A stretch of DNA of 64,000 bases from Macrostomum lignano. Taxonomy: Eukaryota. The position numbers and the translations under genes were made by a program. Within the stretch, counting starts at the first letter, position 1, and the number at the start of each line of letters is the position of its first letter. Where the stretch lies: NCBI GenBank assembly GCA_002269645.1, contig NIVC01001394.1:1-64000 (forward strand), given 5' to 3'. This document shows positions 48,421 to 64,000 of this stretch, piece after piece. The notes beneath the pieces were generated by a model. It was not told the origin of the DNA and did no database searches. It saw only the letters and a program-made list of their open reading frames with translations.

Positions 48421-49193
48421 ACATTGAATGAAATGTGCTACACACAGTTTACCAATTTATGATTGGTCTGTGAAGCTGAAAGCCTGAAACCCCTCTTTTA
48501 ATTGCTGCAATATATCACGACGACAGCATATACGTCATGATGTACAATGTACATATCATGCACATGTAGATATACGACATAGTTATACGTCTACTAGGTA
48601 TGTCTGAGTATTGCCATATTAAGATTTCCTTTTTCTTGTATGTTTTAGTATTCCAAGTGTATAATACTTCATATTGAGATATATCTTCCGAGTCTGAGTT
48701 CTAAAAAGGACAAAGTAAAATTAATTGATTTGTGCCAGCATATAATCGAAAGGCTAAATGCTGAATATTCAAATTTTTGTCGGCAGACAATCTAACCTCA
48801 TTCATTCAACATTGATTGACATGAAAAATTGTCCTGTGGCAGTGCATGCACAGACACGTTTATGAGAGAGCTATAGTAGGGTGCATTCGAACTTGCATGC
48901 AGGCTCCAGCATGCGTTGCACAGGGTGACTCCTACCCAACTAGATGTGTCTGCAGTGGCAGATGACTCACGTCACTGTTTGTGCACCCCCCTTTATGCCT
49001 GGCTTCCTATTATACAGTGTAATGGTATAAGAATTTTGTTTGACAAATAAACTATGTACCCTTAAGCTCTCTTGCACCATTTCTCTTGCAAGCCTCTTGT
49101 TCTGTTGTTGAATTAATGAACGCAAAAACAAGATAGATAATTATCCAGGTGCTCAGTGGCACCAAAAGAGGGCTTGGCCAATAGGAGGGCAGC

Positions 49194-49294
49194 TTATATA
49201 TTTATGCACACAGGGAAAGAAAGTTCTAGAAAGACCAGGGAAGGAAACTTCTGGAACTATGCGTAAACAAGTCTGCGGTGGAAGTTTCTAGAAA
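49194..49294 (-). promoter_or_regulatory. Heat-shock promoter module: three perfect 3-unit HSEs plus TATA
   Basis: aGAAagTTCtaGAAa 49218-49232, gGAAacTTCtgGAAc 49243-49257, gGAAgtTTCtaGAAa 49280-49294; minus-strand TATATAA at 49194-49200. Confidence 0.72.
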
Positions 49295-49656
49295 CGCTGT
49301 CCCCGAACTACCCCTACGCATTGCATGCCTTTGCAATACACAACACCTCTAATAATTGTTCACTAATATTTTGTTCTCGTCTGCAGGGTTTTTTTTGTGC
49401 GCAGAGTGTGCGTATGCACCCTAAATTTTAAAATCGCACCCTGAAATTAAAAAAGTAGGTGCGGTTTAGGTGCGGTCTTATAACCATTTTTCTTTAAAGG
49501 CTTAACCATGCTTAAGCTATTTTTTATGCACTGCCTTAAAATATGAAACAAAATAACTCTTTAAATCCTATTAAGTCATATAGGCGATATAGCCTATAGC
49601 TATAGCCTTATGTAAGATATTAAAATATACATTCCCAGTTGTCTGAAATGTGAGCA

Positions 49657-52143
49657 ATGTGAGGGTTTCACGAGAGATATTCAGACAAAGGCTCCCTAAA
49701 ACACGCCCCGCACCGGGCCCCGAACTGCTACACATTATAACATTTTTTGTCAATGCAGTATTTGATTGCAAGGAAAAGTTAAAATAGTAATGGAATGAAT
49801 ATCTTTATTTATTTTTTTAAATATTATTATTTTTTATATTCTCGTTTTCATTATTTAATTATAATATTATTATTTTATTAATATTATTATTAATATCACT
49901 TATTGTTCACCGAATTTTATATTTCAAAGTAAAAAAACTAAATTTAATAAAAACTTGAAGCTTAACAGAAAACGCATTCTGAAGTGTCTTTAGTTATAGT
50001 CCAATTTGTTTTAATGTGTAGCGCTGCAGGGCGGTGCGGGGCGTGTTTTAGGGAGACCCATTCAGACAGACATTCAAAATGATTGTCTGTAACTTCAAAC
50101 AAAATTGACCCGCTTCAACCATCTTTTTGGCAAATATTTACGCAGGTGTTGGGCGTCGAATAAGCTTTAATTTATTAACTGAAGTAAAAATCCTTCTGAC
50201 ATACATTGATTTAAAAATTGCTTAGCAACACTAGCTCTGATTAGAAATTGCTTTACTGTTGACTAAAATTGTTTTGATCGTAGCAGCCTAAAAGCAGATA
50301 CTGGATTTAAAAATGCTTCGATTTACTCTATACGCATGTCTCAGCTTTAAAATGACACCTCAGGCGTCGCAAAAGACAGCTTTGATGCTGAGATATTCGA
50401 CACTAAACATGCATTGCTTTGCGCAATCTCACATTCAGAAATTTCACTGATTTTTTGTCGATATTTGTGCAGTTGCCGTGTCCTTGTTTTTCATCAGAAT
50501 CTTGTCAAATTCTAGTCATGTCTATACGCATGTCTCAGCTTTAAAATGACACCTCAGGCATTGCAAAAGACAGCTTTGATGCTGAGATATTTGACACTAA
50601 ACATTGCTTTGCTCAAACTCACATTCGGAAACTTCACTGATTTTTATTCAATATTTGTTCAGATGCTTGTCTACTTCTCCATTTATTAACCATCACATGG
50701 AGCCTTGCTAACGTACAAGTGTATGTAGTTACAGTAAATGGGGTTTTTGTGACTCACTTAAACTTGTTTACGCATTCTGCAGCTATTCGCCGCCTTTCAT
50801 TGGAGTGATTCATGGAGTCCAGTTGATAAATTTCCACAAATTGGACTGCTTCTACGTCAGATCTCAACATTTGGAACCGTCCTTGAACTATTTCAGAGTT
50901 AAGTGAGCTAATGGCATCAAATGGAAGGCTAGTGCTCGTACTTGTAAGCGAAGCAGGTTCACAATTGAAATGGTTGTATTCATGGCCATGGGATCTAAAC
51001 TGATCTGTTTTACTTTCACGATCGCTTTGGTCTCAGAAGGAGCAGCAGTTGATGGACTGAGGTGAGAAGAAGATGTGTCACGACTTGAGCTGTTTTTAGA
51101 AAATATCTTTATCCAATTAAATATTTTCATGCGGCTCCTTAGGTTGTTCCGAATTCCGAGTCTAGAAGTCAAGACAGAAAAAAAGTTAAGAACTGCTACT
51201 GTAGTCCGTAGGGATTGGAAAGCTTAGCAGTACATTAGAAATCGCCAGTTCAATCTAAAAAGTTTGAAGTACATATAGCTATTGGGTTGCAACAACAGTA
51301 GAAAAAATTCTTCCTTTTTATTTTATTCCCACCGCTTACCTCATTCCGATTTGGATAGCAGAATTGCCACGCAAAAAAAGTAAAAACATAACAATAAACT
51401 ATTTGCTTCATATTAATTGCCACTGACTGTTAATAAACGCGACGTCAATTTCTCTCAATAACAGTTGGAACATGTTTCTCGTACACTCGTATATTTATTT
51501 GAACCACAAAGCGGTGAAAAAGTCATGATTGGTTGCCATATGTACAAATGTACACTCACAGACTCACTGACTCAGGTACAATCTATGCAATATAAAGGCA
51601 GGAATCATTAAAAATCAAATACTTAAGACAGTTTAAGAGAAGTCCAGGTTTAAACTGGACATGACTAGAATTTGACAAGTTTCTGATGAAAAACAAGGAC
51701 ACGGCAACTGCACAAATATCGACAAAAAATCAGTGAAATTTCTGAATGTGAGATTGCGCAAAGCAATGCATGTTTAGTGTCGAATATCTCAGCATCAAAG
51801 CTGTCTTTTGCGACGCCTGAGGTGTCATTTTAAAGCTGAGACATGCGTATAGAGTAAATCGAAGCATTTTTAAATCCAGTATCTGCTTTTAGGCTGCTAC
51901 GATCAAAACAATTTTAGTCAACAGTAAAGCGATTTCTAATCAGAGCTAGTGTTGCTAAGCAATTTTTAAATCAATGTATATCAGAAGGATTTTTACTTCA
52001 GTTAATAAATTAAAGCTTATTCGATGCCCAACACTTGCGTAAGTATTTGCCAAAAAGATGGTTGAAGCGGGTCAATTTTGTTTAAAGTTACAGACGATCG
52101 TTTCGAATGTCTGTCTGAATATCTCTCGTGAAACCCTCACATT
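49657..52143. mobile_element. Foldback-like element with ~490-bp terminal inverted repeats
   Basis: The left arm (49657-50522, minus the inserted MITE) is the reverse complement of the right arm (51658-52143). About 1.1 kb of unique interior; no TSD found. Confidence 0.72.
49687..50059. mobile_element. MITE copy 1 (~373 bp), 8-bp TSD ATTCAGAC
   Basis: TIR CTCCCTAAAACACGCCCCGCACCG / CGGTGCGGGGCGTGTTTTAGGGAGACCC. TSD at 49679-49686 and 50060-50067. The empty site is visible in the opposite arm of the host near 52110-52125. Confidence 0.88.
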
Positions 52144-53204
52144 CTAAACAAGACTCAAGAGAAATTGCACTCTGAGCCTTAAAATTGCACCTTGAAATTT
52201 GGCACAAGGTGCGATTTCGCACCTTATCTCTGGCGAAAAAAAAAACCCAGCTCGTCTGTCAGCGCAGGTTACATACTTTTTATGCTGAAAAACATCCTTT
52301 ATATAAATGATAGAAAAAGGCAAAACATTTAATACGAAATTAAGGTGTACTATATAACGTATGAGTACACTATACTTACCAAGACAACGTAACTTGCAAT
52401 GCGAGGGAGTCTGAAGGATTATTAACATTTAACACCCATCATCTGGCTTGAAGAGGAGGGGGGTTGGATTATGACTATATATATGTAACCATTCATGTTT
52501 TTGGCAATCAAGCCTCACACTTCCTTCTTTTTTCGCCTCACCATCATCTGAACAGCAAAGTGCCACGCTTAATTGTGTGCATGACAGCCCTACACTCTTT
52601 AATTCTTTGCTCTACAGCCCGACCACATTCTACTTCTGTCAGTTAGGCAGCCTAAGAGTGCGCCTCTAGCTGGTTAAGAGTGGTCTAGATAGGTGACCAA
52701 ATTGTCAAAGTCATTATAATATTGAATACTTAGATGTAATATAGATAAATGTCGTAATACTGTACATGCATGCCATGATATGCATCAGCAATTAAAAGAG
52801 AGGTTTCAGGCTTTCAGCTTCATAGATCAATCATAAATCGGTAAACTGTGTGTAGCACATTTCATTTCAAGCAAACTTTAGAACCAGCTAAAACCAGTTA
52901 ATTTTAACTTAAAGCACAATAATGCATGCATGCATCATCATATATGCTATATGAGCTGAATTGAAGAAATAAAGTTTCCCGGGCAGCAAAATTAAAAAAA
53001 TGGCCGGAACCTGGAATGAAAAGTTTGCATTCCTACATTCAGGAAGTTAGAAACGCATGCTGTGGGCACAATTCGGACTTCTTCAAGTTTATGTTGATAA
53101 AATAGTTTCAATTTGGATAGGATCATAATTTTGTCTCTATAGGGGTTTTTGATGGTGCTGATTTCAAATTTGAGCTCCATTTTTAGGTAGCTTTAACCCA
53201 AATA

Positions 53205-54180
53205 TATGTAGCTTAAAACCAACCACCGGGGCATGGGGAATGGGGGGTTTTAGGGTGGGGAGATTCTTCATAGGGATTGATTTTATCAACATAAACTTGA
53301 ATAGAGGCATAGAGACCTATTCAAGATTGTGCTGATAAATTCCAATTCTAATAGGGGGGGGTTGTAGCTTAAAACCAACCACCGGGGCATGGGGAATGGG
53401 GGGGGTTTAGGGTGGGGAGATTCTTCATGGGGATTGATTTTATCAACATAAACTTGAATAGAGGCATAGAGACCTATTCAAGATTGTGCTGATAAATTCC
53501 AATTCTAATAGGGGGGGGGGGGGGTTGTAGCTTAAAACCAACCACCGGGGCATGGGGAATGGGGGGGTTTAGGGTGGGGAGATTCTTCATGGGGATTGAT
53601 TTTATCAACATAAACTTGAATAGAGGCATAGAGACCTATTCAAGATTGTGCTGATAAATTCCAATTCTAATAGGGGGGGGGGGTTGTAGCTTAAAACCAA
53701 CCACCGGGGCATGGGGAATGGGAGGGGGGGTTTAGGGTGGGGAGATTCTTCATGGGGATTGATTTTATCAACATAAACTTGAATAGAGGCATAGAGACCT
53801 ATTCAAGATTGTGCTGATAAATTCCAATTCTAATAGGGGGGGGGGGTTGTAGCTTAAAACCAACCACCGGGGCATGGGGAATGGGGGGGGGGGGGTTTAG
53901 GGTGGGGAGATTCTTCATGGGGATTGATTTTATCAACATAAACTTGAATAGAGGCATAGAGACCTATTCAAGATTGTGCTGATAAATTCCAATTCTAATA
54001 GGGGGGGGGGGGGGGGTTGTAGCTTAAAACCAACCACCGGGGCATGGGGAATGGGGGGGGTTTAGGGTGGGGAGATTCTTCATGGGGATTGATTTTATCA
54101 ACATAAACTTGAATAGAGGCATAGAGACCTATTCAAGATTGTGCTGATAAATTCCAATTCTAATAGGGGGGGGGGGGGTT
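53205..54180. repeat. ~160-bp tandem array with variable-length poly-G tracts
   Basis: About 6 copies of TAGCTTAAAACCAACCACCGGGGCATGGGGAATG(G)nTTTAGGGTGGGG...CTAATA(G)n. Confidence 0.93.
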
Positions 54181-54458
54181 GAAACAAGTTGGAATTTATT
54201 TGACAATGAATCTCTGTTTAATTATATCAACATAAACTTGAATCAACATAACTTTATCTAAATGAATTTGCTTACCGAAATTAAGTGCTGTTACTACCTT
54301 AATACAATAGAATTAATAATCTAGCCTTGTACAGTAGTTGGTTTTGAGGTGCGAAATACAAGTGCGTGTTTTAAACATTGCTTTGGCTGGGTGCAGTGAA
54401 AGTGCAAGTGCAAAGATTGAGCGGGTTGTGACGTCGCAGTTTTTAAAAAAAAGCACAC

Positions 54459-54837
54459 GGGTCTCCCCAAAACACGCACCGCACCGCCCCAAACTGCTAC
54501 ACATTATAACATTTTTTGTCAATGCAGTATTTGATTGCAAGGAAAACTATTTGTTGTAAGAGTAATGGAATAAATATCTTTAATTATTATTATAAATATT
54601 GTTATTATTTTTTATATTCTCGTTTTCATTATTAAATTATATTATTATTACTTGAATAATATTATTATTAATATCACTTATTATTCACTGAATTTTATAT
54701 TTCAAATTAAAAAAACTAAATTTAATAAAAGCTTTGAAGCTTAACAGAAAACGCATTTTTTTAGTCTTCAGTTATAGTCCAATTTGTTTTAATGTGTAGC
54801 GCTGCAGGGCGGTGCGGGGCGTGTTTTAGGGAGACCC
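54459..54837. mobile_element. MITE copy 2 (~379 bp), 8-bp TSD AAGCACAC
   Basis: GGGTCTCCCCAAAACACGC...GCGTGTTTTAGGGAGACCC, TSD at 54451-54458 and 54838-54845; same AT-rich interior as copy 1. Confidence 0.9.
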
Positions 54838-56821
54838 AAGCACACAGTGACATGGCACTGTCTATGCATTATAACTAAATTGAAAAACTATAATCCGCAA
54901 ACATAAAAAACATTTGCATATTAATTTGTAGATATTAATATTCATCTTTAATTGGCCTAATGAAGTTCTAGCACATGTGCCATAAAATTAAAAGTCAAGT
55001 GGATACACTTTCAAAAATGTATTTGTAGAAACTTTTTCTCACCGAACCTCATTAAGAGAATAGGGAATCAAGTAAATCGTCATTGCTTCAACCATACATG
55101 TAACTTTCTACACTTTTTTTTGCATTTTTGTAATTTTGGGTGCCCCATAAGTCTCCACTGCAAGTTTCAGAAAAATCGAAAAATCGGAAGTATTTTATCA
55201 ACATAAACTTGAAGAAGTCCCACAATTCTGAGCTTACGTGAATGGCTGCCCTGCCATGCACGCAATTCTAAGCTTATGTGAACAGCTGCCGTGCACGCAA
55301 GCTCTTTGTACATACAAATATAATTCCCTATAAAAATATACTAGCTAGTCAATAGCATATCATCAGGTAACCGAATTTGTCAACAATGCTTGATAAGGTA
55401 AACCGAATTCGTCAACAGAGATGACGAATTAGATGTTGACGAATTCGGTGGCACCCTTGATAATTCAATTACTTCAATTAGTGCGAGAATTTGCACCTAG
55501 CCCTAGGCCTTGTACTGACCTGACCTACATTTTACATATATATAGGTTACCTTTTTTACGTTTACCTTTGCATCCTGCAAAGTTAATACAAATACAATTT
55601 ATCACAAAAAGGTTGTAATAGCATTCAGCGCTCTTATAAACCATAGGCCTAGGCCTAGTCAGGATGACGCACCGTCTGGCGTCTGCGAGAGAAAAAAGCC
55701 TTTTCGCTGCCTGCCTGCCTGAAACAATAGATGGCTTACTTAATCTACACACTGTACCCTCTGCACCGAAAAAATCGGGTCAGCTAATAACACCTAATAA
55801 TAATAATAATTATTATTATAATTATAATAATAATAAATACTATATACCAGATATATTCAGTTTTGCATTTGCACCATCTACGTCAGAAATTAGAGTAAAA
55901 AATAGTAGATTTAATAGATTTAAAAATCTTTGAAAACGTTTTTATTACTGGTAAAACAAACTACAATGTTATAAATAGTAGCTTTATAGCCCAATGCATT
56001 AAGGACAGTTAAAAGCTTAAAAAAATTAATTTAAAGTTGGAATTATATGCTTTAACTAAATTAGACAAGGTTACATTTGCAATTGATGTATTTGCACGTC
56101 TGTTAAAAATTTGTACACAAGATGTACATGCTATAGTATGTGTACTGTAGATTCACATGGATAAGCAAGTAAAGGAAAGAGCCAATAATTATACGTCCGC
56201 TAAATGGAAAGTAAAATGTTAATTGTTTACATACGATCGTACTGCTGAACACAAATTGAATGCAATGTAACGTACAGGCACTAGAAAAGGCTGTCTTCTA
56301 GTTGTCTTTTTTAGTTGTCCCTGATCGCAAACTGGGGATTTTTAAAAGGAGCAAGGTAAATGTGTGCGGCATATTAGTTCGAACCTATTTGAACCTTCTG
56401 GGGTGCGAGATGTTGACGAATTCGGTGTAATCCGAAGCTGCAGTCGCAGATTGACAAAGTGACATACTACACTATAGGTAAAAATTTAGACGCATTTCCT
56501 CACACCATGACAATTTCAAATCACGTAAAACTTTATGCTACGTTATCATAACATTTTATGTTATTATCTAATAAGAATCAACAACTCGTAAATTGTATTT
56601 GAATAGACTAATATTGAATTTAATATGCATGTAAAGCGCAGCAAGAAAATTTGCTATAGTTACTATCCTTTCCTTAGCGTTTTGCAGTAATGAGTCCTCA
56701 GTTTTCGAAGTTAATGTGCACCGTATTGCTATATAGAGGCACTTTACATGTAGGCTAATTCAGTGAGTGGAGAATATGATTGCCGTAGATCTACGAATCT
56801 CTCGTAATTGAGCCTTGAAGA

Positions 56822-63565
<6,744 letters not shown>

Positions 63566-64000
63566 CTGGCGGGGAAGGGAATGTGCTTTTGCCAATTCCT
63601 TCCCAAGCATATCTACTCAGAGATATTTGAAATCGAATTCTTCCCTTACTCGTATTTGCATTCGTGTTCGGACACTTTTGAGCATTGGGCGACGGGCACT
63701 CAATGAGTGAGAGTTGTGGCTTTATTTAGAAAACCTTGTGTACTGTGCTAGCCCGAAGCAGACTGTCTTAGTTGCTGGGGGAGGCGGATGGGAGAAGCAA
63801 GCCTCATTCGCTATGCACAGGCGAGGATGAAAATGAGAATGATAAAAGCAGAATGGGAAGCCGAGTCTAAAAGAGACTTCTTCCTCATCCCATGGGCATA
63901 TTTTGGTCAAAGCTTGGAACTCTGGCCATTCAGCCGTGCATTCTTGAGCTTGAAGTGGGCTGAGGGCTGTTCTGTTAGATATTGGCGTGACTAAAACTTT

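Noticed and set aside
55365-55455. Short element with CCGAATTCGTCAACA inverted repeats (related motifs at ~47770 and ~56410)
   Set aside because: Probably a TE fragment, but boundaries and TSD could not be defined.
63600-64000. Further upstream anoctamin exons
   Set aside because: No anoctamin-like peptide recognised in any minus frame; the 5' exons probably lie outside the window.

Overview
Eukaryotic, repeat-rich animal genomic DNA, not prokaryotic. TTAGGG tracts, minisatellite-filled introns, GC-rich exons and a two-domain p40-type small HSP suggest a Macrostomum-like flatworm (inference only). Genes reconstructed by hand from splice sites and frame continuity: (1) a complete 14-exon NMDA receptor GluN2/NR2-like gene (+, 4263-14610, 1245 aa) with a GC-AG intron and non-canonical pore and gate residues; (2) an intronless-CDS small HSP with two alpha-crystallin domains (-, 16354-17181); (3) tRNA-Gln(TTG) (-, 42844-42916); (4) a SMIM15 homolog (-, 43704-44042); (5) the 3' 11 exons of an anoctamin/TMEM16 gene (-, 56822-63565, continuing beyond the recognisable exons). 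Between them lie a Crypton-like remnant with CCATAGAC hairpin units, a 13.8-kb head-to-tail A-B-A-B-A array of Helitron-like elements, several satellites, tRNA-like Pol III heads, nested DNA transposons/MITEs, a solo LTR, a G-quadruplex-type array, and an orphan triple heat-shock-element/TATA promoter. Most long ORFs in the supplied track are repeat artefacts.
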